The notes under the pieces: generated by a model
What the model saw: only the letters and a program-made list of their open reading frames with translations
Database searches by the model: none
What the model was told of the DNA's origin: nothing
Assembly: GCA_003614675.1 (NCBI GenBank)
Contig: ML002364.1
Location: 1 to 38,070 of the forward strand
Origin: Dimargaris cristalligena
Taxonomy: Eukaryota
Reading direction: 5' to 3'
DNA length: 38,070 nucleotides
In this document: piece after piece, positions 1 to 11,332 of the stretch
Layout of the letters: every line of letters begins with the position of its first letter
Position numbering within the stretch: the stretch's first letter is position 1
Made by a program: the position numbers and the translations under genes

Positions 1-6
1 CAGGGG

Positions 7-107
7 CAGGGGCAGGGGCTCATTCACTTGTCAGGGGCGTACTTCCGATAAGTGCGAAAAATAGATAAAAAATAAAAGTAGGTAAAAAATGTGGTAGGTT
101 CACCACA
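7..107. repeat. Left copy of a 101-bp inverted repeat, probably a transposable element terminus
   Basis: Ungapped match to the reverse complement of 37761-37861 at 95/101 positions. Contains CAGGGG units and an inner-edge hairpin TGTGGT-N6-ACCACA (90-107). Confidence 0.9.
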
Positions 108-1500
108 CCAGGCAACATAACCCACCTTTATTTTATGTACATGGCTTTCTATATTTGTTGGATTACCAGAAATTATGTGCTACTTGTGAAGAATGGCAGA
201 ATGCCACTTAAGGTCCTTTTCTTAATAATAGCAGGACAAAATACCAAAATCTGTATGTTGCCTACTTACTCTTACAGACACTACATCCAAGCTCCCTTAA
301 AGGCACATGCTAGTACATTTACTACCCATTACATCCCATTTGTCCATTAAAGTAAAAATAATTAGATGATATTGCCTAGATTAACTACTCTTAGTCCATC
401 AAGAGTCCTAAGGATAGGCTTCTAATGGTAGGTGGGGCTTAGGCTTGGCCAAGCAGTCTACTAGTGCCAGGTACAGGCATGGTACTACTGATAAAGGCTG
501 TGTACAGGTATAGGTAAGGGATGTGTAGTAGGTATACTTACTAGTTAGTATGAAGGGAGTGAGCATATATAGAGGCTATTGGGGGTAAACTAGGGGTAAG
601 AATAAGCTAAGGAATCTAACTAGACCCAATGGGGCCCATTTAGGTATATATGGGGATGACTTTAGATGGTGGTCCCAAGGGAAGGATACTACTAAGACTA
701 AGTTATGGATAAATAGGCTAACTGGATAGCTGTTAGTATCTGGAAGACTCTGATGGTAGCTGGAAGAGTCTTTAGATCAGCACTTGAGTGATTAGTATGA
801 AGTGGTGGAGTCTGGAAGAGGAAAAGTTATATAATATAGGGTGATCCCATAGTACTGGGGGTGACTATGGGAAGGTTATATAGTGCTGAAAGACCTAATG
901 GAGATGGACACTATTGTATCTGGATTAAGTCAGATTAGAAGGTCCAATACTAGGTAACCTTTGTTAAATGAACTGGGTTATTCTCCGGTTAACTCTAGCT
1001 GGCCCACCCAGACTGCTTTTTCATTAGGTAAGGAGGTCATTCTGATGATATGGGTTATCAGTCCCATAGCTGTTGTTTTGCACATATCTGCTAACTTAGC
1101 TATATGTTTTGGCCAAGTAAACTCAGTGGGGGCGGCGTCGTCAGAAAGATTGTTTGGTAAAGGTGTTGTCAGGTCAGGTTTATGCTTGTCAACTTCCCAA
1201 TCCCTCTTCTCAACCCGGGGGCCCAACAAAGAAAAGTAGGCATCCATATATATCAAAGTGTGTATTTCACGATTGCTGCTTCTTAATAAATGTTTATTGG
1301 TTTTGCCAGTCTATCGGAGCACTTCACCACTTGATATTAACCATTGCTGTGTCAACGTCCAACACCAACCGTTGGTTTCAGTGATCCCGAAATTACTCTG
1401 TCTGCATCTTCGACTATCCTCTTACCTGTTTGCTAGGATCTCCTGAATCATCACTAAAGTGTCCATAGAAGGAAGCCGGGTCCATACCCCCAACTGTTAC
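108..1500. other. CpG-depleted, degenerate repeat- or pseudogene-like region of unknown identity
   Basis: I found no CG dinucleotide between 57 and 985, and TAG/CTA are abundant. A minus-strand frame containing ORF 978..1256 is broken by scattered stops. No recognisable domain. The right boundary is approximate. Confidence 0.45.
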
Positions 1501-1784
1501 ATCTAGTGCATCGACGGTGGAGTTTCTCAGTACTATCAATGGTTATATAAATTGGGGGATTTTATTAGCCTAACTCTGAGTCCCTAATTAGTAGTACCGT
1601 ATAATAAAAAATGGGCTTGGAAAGATCGCAGCCACAACTATAATAAGATAACTTATGTGGAAACGCCCAGGTCACTAGGCGGAACCAGACAGGTCTAAGT
1701 AACACCCATAAATACAATGTTGTATAGAAGAATATACGCACGTTATCGGGAAAACAGCCCAATGAGCTTCTCTTATGGATATGT

Positions 1785-3306
1785 TTACGGACCAAGGTAA
1801 GCCAGAGACTCAATAGGATAGTAGTAAGCGGGGTTTGACTGCGTAAATGCCGCCTTGGCGAGATTAGGCGCAAACCTCGCCACATTAAGGCTCACGCCTA
1901 ATTCACCTTGGGATGATAAACGGAGCCAGTCCGACCCCATATTGAGCCCACGACATGCCACATTGCCCGAAACTGACCAGACACTAGCATCGCTAACTAG
2001 ATTGACCAAATAGTTCTCCTGTTTGTGGAGGCCCGATTTCACCAGAAATTTCTTGTAGCAGCTTAGACTTAGGTTGGCCGGACTGGAATTTAACACCTCG
2101 AGGAGCTTAAGCACTAACGTGTCGTTTTCATCTAGCGTAGCGAGAGTTAGGAGCAAGTAAGTGGATTGTAGTCGGCTGGGCTGAAGATCGCTGTCGTATT
2201 CACTCGCTCTCGACTGCGACCCAACAGGAATACCATCGATACCCAGGTACTGGCTGATAGCAGCGTACTGTTCAGTTTGGTAGAGATGTACAATGGCTAA
2301 ATGAATCGATAAATTCACCATCGTTGTGAGGGCGCATTTGGCACCGGTGTAGTATTCGCGCAGAGGCGCCATGTCAAGGTCCAACTCAGTCCCCGTTTGA
2401 TCCGACCAGATCTTGAAAACCTCACTATCACCATGAATTTTTTTGACGAGATTGTAAAGAGTACTCAGCGACTGTAATGTCTCGGTATTGGCATACTGGG
2501 CCACGGCTGAGCCGAAGGCCAGTGGTATGTTGTGCAAAAATCTTGGAGAAATTACCTTCCCATGTTTAAGTGGTCCCTTTTTCCATTGGTTTACATTCAC
2601 GTATTTCCAATTGGCGCTGGACAAGAGCAAATTGCCCCGGTTGGCACCCATGAATGGTTTAAAACATCTATCGGGGTCGGCTTGTTCTTGGAAAGCAGCA
2701 CCCAAACCCTCCCCTTGCATACCATAGCGTTCATACGTGAGTGTTTGTAGAGTCACCTCTGTCAAGGCCGCCGTCGATTCCACCGGAGCTAGTTTGTGCC
2801 ATTGCTTAGCCAAATCCTGGATGGCTCTTGGGTTGGGAGCGGGTTCCTTCAATAACTGACTGGTCTCACCTAAAAATTGATTCAACTAAAGGATATCAGC
2901 CAAAATGCGAATCAATATTAGTAAAAAAAAGTATAGTTGTTTCAACCAGTCGACAAGACCGAAGTCGGCCTTGGAATAAGTCCCTGTTACATGCCCGAAT
3001 TGAATTTATGATACCAATGCTTAGGGGATAATCATGCCGGGACAATAGCTAGCGAATGAATGGTTCAAAAACAGTACTCACCTTGGCGGTAGTCCATTCC
3101 TTTGGTATGTTCCTGGGGCCACCGTAGATGGATGCCATTGACATAAGCCAGTCTGCAAAGTCCAGATAGCCGCCAACATGAGCTATAAGTTCAGAGGGCA
3201 ATGTTTGACCCAGTTTACTGAGAGATTGGCGTTGAGGGTCTTTAGTGGCGGCCAAGGGATTGGTAAAAAGCACCAGTATCGCAGGGACTAAAACGGTGGC
3301 TTTCAT
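1785..3306 (-). CDS. Orphan protein of about 441 aa with predicted signal peptide and F-box-like motif (2 exons)
   Basis: Exon 1 is 3306-3082 (MKATVLVPAILVLFTNPLAA...WTTAK, 75 aa). Intron 3081-2886 has a GTGAGT donor, TACTAAT branch and TTTAG acceptor. The phase-0 join leads into the 366-aa ORF 2885-1785. Motif LPSELIAHVGGYLDFADWL lies at aa 36-54. Confidence 0.75.
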
Positions 3307-4996
3307 CTTTGGGTTTACTGGATAACGAATGAATGAACTGGAGAGGGGGATGTACAAAGAGCAGGTTTTGGTAATCGGGATATAGAGCGTTAGCATTACA
3401 TCCTGGAGCTAAACAGTAGACAGGTACGGGAGAACATTAGAAATATAGGCATGGGCGGATAATACAGCGGGACTTACCAAGCGCGGTGAATAAACTGGGA
3501 GAAAGAATTAGTGGAAATAGAGCGAAGAAGGCGGTAGGTGAGGAGGCTGCTAAATATTAGGGGGGCAGGCGGTCGGTATTAATCCATTTCTGCCTCATTT
3601 TTGTGCAGGGCATTGGTAACGATGCATTAAATTATATGTGAATATCTACCTTATTATATAGGGTTTATAGTGAAATGTAAACAATGGTATAGGTGGGACA
3701 TGTATTATAAACAAGTGCTACCTGTCTTACCAAACGAGCCATTTGGCTTACAACAGGGCCGCCCCATTATCACATTGCATCGTATTGGGGCGTTGGGATA
3801 AAGGGAAAACAATTTGCCGTTTTCAATCGATTAATAGGGAAAATACCAATAGTGGTTTATGGACTACAATTGTCTACCCCTCTTTCTAGAGACTTGCAAA
3901 ACCATTTGAATGGAAGAATTCGTTGGCGACTATAATTGGATTATAGTATTTAGTAGGGAGGACAGTGCAACCTCGGGTGACCCAAATGCATCCATCCCTC
4001 CAGCGGAATTAAACCAAAGGCAGCGTTTATATGGACATTGCTGGAGCAAGGGGTTTGGGGGAACTGCACCGTAGCCGCAAATATGGCGTACATTTGACTC
4101 CCTCTGCGGTGCCTGGTTTCTGATAATGATAACGTCTCTGTATTATAACATTTACTAAGAAATACTTACCCAGCAAAGTAATACATTCTTTAACCTACGA
4201 TATGACTTTAGGGACATCTGCTATAGTTGTGACTAGGGGTAGCGGTTAGGTTGAGCTAAACGAGGCTTGTCAGATCTACAGAGATGCCATTGAAACAGTG
4301 GCCAATAAATCGTATTATTATAATTTTCAAGTAATGAAATGGTCAGATACGGCGTTTTTCAACGAAGGAACCAAACATTTAAACTGAGCCAATTGCAAAT
4401 AGTGTAATGTACTATTATTGCAATCTATGGCTTAGATAAACCTACTCAAAAAGCCCGGGGTGAGATCCATATCTAAATAATCCGCCTGAGATCATATCCC
4501 TAAAGATAAGTCGGTGTTTGGCCGATAAACAGATAACCCACACTGGTTAATCCGTATTGAATCCATCCATCTATCTATATATACCGGTTATATATTTTAG
4601 CTTCTTTAAGTTGTAGGCATCGTAGTTTCCATTATTCAAAGACCTCTAATATATGTTGGAGTCGATCGTGGCCACATATTCTATTGCTGCGCGAGTATAT
4701 ACAGTGGGGCCAATCAACTATCGCTGAGCTACTTACTGGTCCTCGGAAAGCTTCGGAAGGAGCAGTCCAAATTGGGGGCTAGAATAACTCTCAGTCTACA
4801 TTGAGGCCATAAACTGGCCCTTGGCTTTACCTGCATTAACGGCCTATTTCCTGGGCTCTCAATTCAAACCCCTCTCCCCATTAGGCGATTCAAGAGTCTG
4901 GGCCAATTCGACTATTTTCCCTAACATTCGTCCGATCCAACCATTGTAACCGACAGACAATCCATATTACTCGCCAATACACCACCTTTTCATACC

Positions 4997-7240
4997 ATGA
5001 TGTTCCGAAATCTTAATTCGAGTCTAACTTCTACCCGTAAGTAAAGCGCTGTATAAGCAAATGAGCCCCATCGCATTCTGCATTACCACACACATGTGAA
5101 GTTACCCGAGGCCTCCCAGGTCTAGAAGGTTTATGCTCGTCCGTCTCGCGAGCCATTAGCTGGCCAAACTCTCTTAGGTTAACCTACTCTATTGTACCAA
5201 CGCGACCTCCCCCTCTATTCACATTGGTATCCACCGTGGATAGGCTATGCGTTAGCTCGGAGACTCGGGTTCCGGTCAACCCCCAGGAGTGTTCCATTCC
5301 AATGGACCTTACGCACCTTCCACCTGTCCGCTTACCTGGCCGCAGCGCAGCAACCTCCCACGGCCCATTCAAACCACGAAGCACCGAGCCAACTCAAGCC
5401 CCACTTTGATTTTCGGGCCATCCGGGACCGGGTCGATGCCATCGCCGCTAATGCTGAGCGCCGCAATTTTCACGATGTGGACGTGCGGGCGATTGTGGCC
5501 CAGTTCGAAAAAACCAACGAAATACTCCATGATTTAAACCAACAGCGGAATCTCCGAAACGACCTTGGCCGGCAAATCGGTCAATTAAAACGGGCAGCTA
5601 AAGGGGCTCCGGCGAAGGCTGCCCAAGAGAATGACGCTGATCAGCTTGCGCAGGAGGCCCGGGTGGTGCGGGACCGGTGTGCCGCATTGGAGGCAGATCA
5701 CGCCGAGCAGTATCATCGACTTATTCAGGAGACCCTCAAATTACCCAATGATACCCACCCTACCACTCCCGAAGGGGATGAAAACCAGGCCACCATAGTG
5801 AAAATGGTGGGTAAACCTCGTACGGTCTTGGTTACCCCATCGAATGAAGCACCGAACCCTATTCCCTATCGGGACCATCTCACCCTGTGCCAGGAACTCG
5901 ATCTGGTGGATTTCCAAGCCGCGGCGACGGTAACTGGGTCTAGTTTCTATTACCTCAAACGCGAGGCCGCCCTCCTGGAACTGGCCTTGGTTCAATACGC
6001 TATGCAGAAAGCCGTCGCCCGGGGCTTCATTCCGGTCCTGGCCCCGGATCTAGTCCGCCAGGATATCATGCACGGCTGTGGGTTCCGTCCCCGTAACGAC
6101 GAGGCCAATCAAACTTACTTTGTATCAGCGGTTCCTCCATCTCAGCCCGGTCGGGATACTAACGCCATTTCCACTTCGGACTCGCCCAGTGGCTCGTCGT
6201 CCTCGGCCCCGGCGAATGCCCCACCGCCGCTCTGTCTTACTGCCACGGCCGAAATTCCCCTGGCCGGACTATTCACCCACAAGCGGGTAGAACTTCGATC
6301 GCTGCCTCAGAAACTGGTGGCTTTCGGGCACTGTTTCCGGGCCGAGGCTGGCGCCCGGGGGGCCGAAACTCGGGGGTTATATCGCGTTCACCAATTCAGT
6401 AAAGTAGAATTATTTATGGTGTCCGATCCTCAGCACAGTGACCGGGCCTTGGAAGAAATCCGGGAACTGCAGGAAGACATTATAGGCAGTCTGGGAATTT
6501 GTTATAGGTCAGTGTACTTTTTGATTTTATTTAGAGGGACCATTCTGTTTTGCCACCGACGAACAGTAGAGGTGGTCTTTAGTATCAAACTACTTCATTG
6601 ACATGTATGTTCGTTGGATACATGACCAGGCCAGTTATGTCTAACCCGCTCTTTATTGCCCTTTATTATTTATTTCCTGTATGGTAGAGTTCTGGATATG
6701 CCTACGTTTGAATTGGGTGCCAGTGCTTACAAAAAATACGACATTGAGGCCTGGATGCCTGGTCGGCAGGCTTGGGGAGAGGTAAGTAGTTTCGGTCCTT
6801 TTCCTAATCTATCCGTAGCATACGAGGCATTGTGACTATCGAGCGATTTATACACACCATTCTGTATCTGCCATATTGAATCGTCCATTCCGGCCAGGTG
6901 GGTTATTATTATTTACACCGTAAGGTTGAACGGCCCTCTTAACATCTACACGGTTCGTTTAATCTACCCTTTCCCCTTGCTCAACTCGCAGATTTCAAGT
7001 GCCTCCAACTGCACCGACTACCAATCCCGACGACTTAATATCCGTTTTCACCCCACCCCAGATGCCAAAGCGCCTAATTTTGCGCACACCCTGAATGGCA
7101 CGGCCTGTGCGGTGCCTCGGTTAATTATCGCGATTTTGGAGACTTTCCAAACCCCTTCCGGGGAGGTGATAATACCGGAACCCCTCCGACCCTGGATGAT
7201 GGGTATTAGCAAAATCAGCCCCATTCGACCCAGTCCATAG
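4997..7240 (+). CDS. DIA4: Mitochondrial seryl-tRNA synthetase (DIA4/SARS2 type), about 548 aa, 4 exons
   Basis: Exons 4997-5036, 5244-6507, 6688-6781 and 6992-7240 with consistent phases (an alternative in-frame acceptor at 5255 is possible). SerRS motifs: [67 protein letters not shown]. The N-terminus is R/S/L-rich and acid-free, like a presequence. Confidence 0.93.
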
Positions 7241-7639
7241 TGGGGGAGGGGATTCGGACTATATGGGTGAAACAGCCGATTCCACGTTTAGTTCTGTAGC
7301 TGTTCAGTGCCTCTCGGTCGCTTTAATTATAAAAACCTAATAAATATCATTCAAAAAATACATCAGGCCTAATCTGGATGGAAGTTGGACAGTAAAAATA
7401 GAGAGACAGATTGCATTACAGGCACAATTTTATTTAAGCTGAATCGGAAATTTATCTTGATGTGGGTGGAATTTTCCGTGAAATAGCTGGTATAGGAGGG
7501 AGAGTTTCAAGAAAAATGGAGCTATAGTCATATATTGAAGACCGATTCGCAGGAAACTCTCCATTATTACATTTCGCTTGTTGTTGGAGAAGCTACTTTC
7601 CCTTCCCTCCTTGAATTCCTCTATTTTTTTCTATTCAAT

Positions 7640-10183
7640 ATGTCCAGCCAATCCCTACAAGCCTTGGAATCTCTGGCTGACCTTACCCACATCCGCATTC
7701 CAGATGATGACCTGGCTTTCGAAGACGACATTGTCCGGAATCCGAACACCCTACGCTGCTGGCTTCGTTATCTCGATCACAAAGCCGATGCCCCAATTTC
7801 CCATCGCGTGTTTCTGTACGAACGAGCCGTACATGAACTGCCGGGCTCCTACAAGCTCTGGAAGGCCTACCTAGACTTGCGGGTAAGCCTGGTGCGCGGC
7901 TGGAATCCCGTGGTGTACGCCGACCATTACAAACGCGTCAATCTTTGTTTCGAACGGGCCCTCATTCTGCTGCACAAGATGCCCCGTCTATGGCTGGACT
8001 ACACCGCTCTGTTGGCGAAACAACGCCTAGTGACCCAAACGCGACGCACCTTTGACCGGGCCCTGCGGTCGTTGCCCATCACCCAACACGACCGGATCTG
8101 GCAGTCCTACATTCGGTTCGCCGACCACACGGGGGGTGAAACCGCCCTCCGGGCTTACCGCCGCTACATTAAATTAGAGCCCCAGGCCATGGAGGTATAC
8201 ATTGCGCTCCTCAAGGAACTCCGGCACTACGACGAAGCGGCCGTACGTCTCGTGGAAATCATCGAGAATGAACGATTCGTGTCCCCCCAAGGAACCTCCC
8301 GTTACCAACTGTGGACCCAGCTGTGTGGGTTGTTGTGCGACCACCCCCGCGCGATTCGGTCCATCCGGGCCGAACCTATTATTCGATCAGGGATCCGCCG
8401 GTTCGCGGACCAGGCCGGGGCCCTATGGGCGGATTTGGCCCGCTATTGGATTCTCCTGGACCAACCCGAACGCGCCCGGGACGTATTCGAAGAAGGTATC
8501 CGGACCGCCATGACCGTACGTGACTTTGGGCAGGTGTTCGAAGCTTACCAAACGTTTCTGACCGTCACGGCGGAAGCGGCGTTGGCCGCGGCGGCTAGGC
8601 GAGAGGAAGAGGCGGCGGTGGAGCAGGGGGGAGCCCAGGGCTCCGCGGGGGCGGACTTGGACCTCGACCTTTTACTGTTGCGCCTCGAGGATTTGGCCTC
8701 TCGTCGCCCTTTTTTGGTCAACGACGTTGTGCTTCGTCAGAACCCCCATAATGTGCTGGAATGGCTCAACCGAGTGGATTTATGGGCCTCCGTCGATGAA
8801 TCCAAGGTGGTACCTACCTATACTGATGCGGTGGCCGCCATTCATCCCAAAAAGGCCGTCGGCAAACTTCACGACCTCTGGATTCGGTTTGCGCGCTACT
8901 TTGAGGATCACCAACAGCCGGAGGAGGCCCGGGAGGTCTGGGAACGCGCCGTCCGGGTCGATTACAAGAGCGTCAACGACTTGGCCGAGGTATGGTGTGC
9001 TTACGCGGATATGGAAGTCCGCTTGGGCGAATTCGACCGGGCCCTGGCGGTGCTTGGCCGGGCAACGGCGCCACCGGTCCAATGGCAGAAGGTGAAGTTC
9101 CACGACGACTCGGTACCTACCCAAAAGCGGGTCTTCAAGTCGATTCGCTTATGGACGCACTACCTGGATCTGGAGGAAAGTCTGGGCACCATGGAGGCCA
9201 CCAAGGCAGCCTACGACCAGGTCATGAGTCTCAAGATTGCCACCCCGCAAATTATAGTCAATTACGCCCAGTTCCTACAGGAGCGGAACTACTTCGAAGA
9301 AAGCTTTAAAGTGTACGAGCGGGGGGTGGACCAGTTCGGCTACCCCGTGGCCTTTGAGCTCTGGAATCTCTACTTAACCCAGTTTACCAAACGGTTCGGT
9401 GGGACTAAACTGGAACGTACGCGGGATTTATTTGAACAGGCACTCGTCAACTGCCCCCCGGAGTACGCCAAACCCCTATACCTCCTCTACGGCGAAATGG
9501 AGGAAACCCACGGCTCCAGCCGCCACGCGATGCGTATTTACGAGCGGGCCACCCAGGCCGTGACCGACGGCGATCGCTTGGCCATGTTCCAGTTTTACAT
9601 TGCCAAAACCAGTCAGCTGTTCGGAATCGTGGCCACCCGGGAAATTTACGAACGGGCTCTGGAGGTGCTCCCGGATACCCTGGCCCGTGAGATGGGACAG
9701 CAGTACGCGGAAGTGGAACTCAAACTGGGTGAAATTGACCGGGCTCGGGCCCTGTACGGTTACACCTCGCAGCTTTGTGAACCCCGGACCTGTCCGGCCT
9801 TCTGGAAGACCTGGCACGAGTTTGAGGTGAAGCACGGTAATGAGGAAACATTCAAGGAAATGATGCGGGTGAAACGTAGTGTGACGGCTAAGTATAATAC
9901 CGATTCTAATTATGTGGCGGCCCGGGTGGCTAACTCGCGACAGGCGAAGCCGGCCGCTGCCGCTAGTGCCGGGAGTGGTGGTTCGGGGGAGACCCTGACT
10001 GGGCCGCCCGCCCTGACCGAGACCAAGTCCCGGTCCCTTAAATTTGTGCCCAGCTCCACCTCGGTACCGTCACTGTCGGCGCCTCCCCAGCCGGCGGTTA
10101 AGAATCCCAATGAGCTCGCCGTTGATATTGACGATGACGATGATGATGATGATAATGATAATGATAATGCCGGTGATAAATAG
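7640..10183 (+). CDS. SYF1: Pre-mRNA splicing factor SYF1/XAB2 (HAT repeats), intronless, about 847 aa
   Basis: Motifs YERAVHELPGSYKLW, LRQNPHNVLEW, LKIATPQIIVNYA, KLERTRDLFEQAL, FEVKHGNEETFKEMMRVKRSV, plus an acidic tail. First in-frame ATG is at 7640. Confidence 0.96.
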   Translation: MSSQSLQALESLADLTHIRIPDDDLAFEDDIVRNPNTLRCWLRYLDHKADAPISHRVFLYERAVHELPGSYKLWKAYLDLRVSLVRGWNPVVYADHYKRVNLCFERALILLHKMPRLWLDYTALLAKQRLVTQTRRTFDRALRSLPITQHDRIWQSYIRFADHTGGETALRAYRRYIKLEPQAMEVYIALLKELRHYDEAAVRLVEIIENERFVSPQGTSRYQLWTQLCGLLCDHPRAIRSIRAEPIIRSGIRRFADQAGALWADLARYWILLDQPERARDVFEEGIRTAMTVRDFGQVFEAYQTFLTVTAEAALAAAARREEEAAVEQGGAQGSAGADLDLDLLLLRLEDLASRRPFLVNDVVLRQNPHNVLEWLNRVDLWASVDESKVVPTYTDAVAAIHPKKAVGKLHDLWIRFARYFEDHQQPEEAREVWERAVRVDYKSVNDLAEVWCAYADMEVRLGEFDRALAVLGRATAPPVQWQKVKFHDDSVPTQKRVFKSIRLWTHYLDLEESLGTMEATKAAYDQVMSLKIATPQIIVNYAQFLQERNYFEESFKVYERGVDQFGYPVAFELWNLYLTQFTKRFGGTKLERTRDLFEQALVNCPPEYAKPLYLLYGEMEETHGSSRHAMRIYERATQAVTDGDRLAMFQFYIAKTSQLFGIVATREIYERALEVLPDTLAREMGQQYAEVELKLGEIDRARALYGYTSQLCEPRTCPAFWKTWHEFEVKHGNEETFKEMMRVKRSVTAKYNTDSNYVAARVANSRQAKPAAAASAGSGGSGETLTGPPALTETKSRSLKFVPSSTSVPSLSAPPQPAVKNPNELAVDIDDDDDDDDNDNDNAGDK

Positions 10184-11332
10184 AGAATATTGATAGCAAT
10201 ACTAGCCTGAAAGCCTTTGGGGCTGTATTCAACTCTGACTTCCGCCGAGGTCACTGCGATTATAACAAGGATAGTGCATTGCACCAATAAATCATCTTAA
10301 TTATTTCATACTCCCCTACCTCATTTCCTGTTTGCATCGCTTTAGGGCCATGTAGTGCTATGGACAAGCTTAAATACCTTGGAGCTGTAGGGACACTATT
10401 ATTTAAACCAGTATTTACTGGCGCAAAAAAATTAATGATTATCGTAATCTATTATTACATGTCCGATAGCATAACGGAATCCCAGGCTGAATTACGGCGT
10501 ACACACTATATTTTGAATCAGGCTTCTTATGCGATTAGGCAGGCAATAGTTAACAGTCGCCTATCCATTTACCTTCAAGCTAGACTTACATTAATAGGAG
10601 TTTCGGCAAGAATTCGCTGATGAATTGCCCCCGAAGGCCCATCTTAATACATGTAGGATGGCCTAGAATATACTGTTCATAAACAGCGGTTATTGAAACA
10701 ATCCTATCCGAGGGCACTCTCGACTGTCCGGGCTGCTTGCCAAGCTGTGCCGCACCCATCAGTTGACCAGTGCCAAGTCCCCACTAGTCGGAAGACTGGA
10801 CCCACACCGGAGAAGAATAAACTGGCGACAGTCAGTTTCATTCGGACAGGAAATATTCACTCACCCACGTCATCATTTCACTAATAAAAATTGGATCATG
10901 TAGGATTCGACACATACGTTTACTCGCATTCTAGACACTCCCCAGCTTGTCAGGTAAATAGAGAGGACACCCAAGCCTACAAGGGCAAATCGAGAGTCAT
11001 TTTGGCTACTGACCAGCACATGTTTTAGTATGTGGTACTACAGGTTGGTTGGCGGGGTTTCCTTGTGAGACCTCTTGGCGTGCCTCGGCAGGTGAGGAAA
11101 GGTTCCAGCAAGTCTCAAGGTCTGGTAGGTGGGCGGGAGAGCTCTACAAACGAAAGGGGCAACGCATCACTTACGTCGTCTTACCCACCCCTTTCCATTC
11201 TATTGTTCTATTTTCCCATATATGCCTGAATCCCTTTCGCCCTGCCTGTCCCTCAACGTCTCTCTTTCTAAGCGCCCTTCCCATTCTTAAATTACATTTT
11301 CTTCACCCTTTGTCTGAAACGTCACTTCTCCC

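Noticed and set aside
1-37. (CAGGGG)3 at the window start as a telomere
   Set aside because: There are only three units, the G-rich strand points inward (wrong polarity for a left telomere), and the motif recurs internally at 37850-37861 as part of the dispersed repeat.
4162-4175. ATACTTACC resembling the U1 snRNA 5' end (also at 34162)
   Set aside because: No U1 stem-loops or Sm site follow. The motif is simply the complement of a splice donor, and at 34162 it is the kinase intron donor.
5192-5243. Non-AUG (TTG) start for mitochondrial SerRS
   Set aside because: An upstream ATG exon (4997-5036) with a GTAAGT donor splices in frame and completes a presequence.
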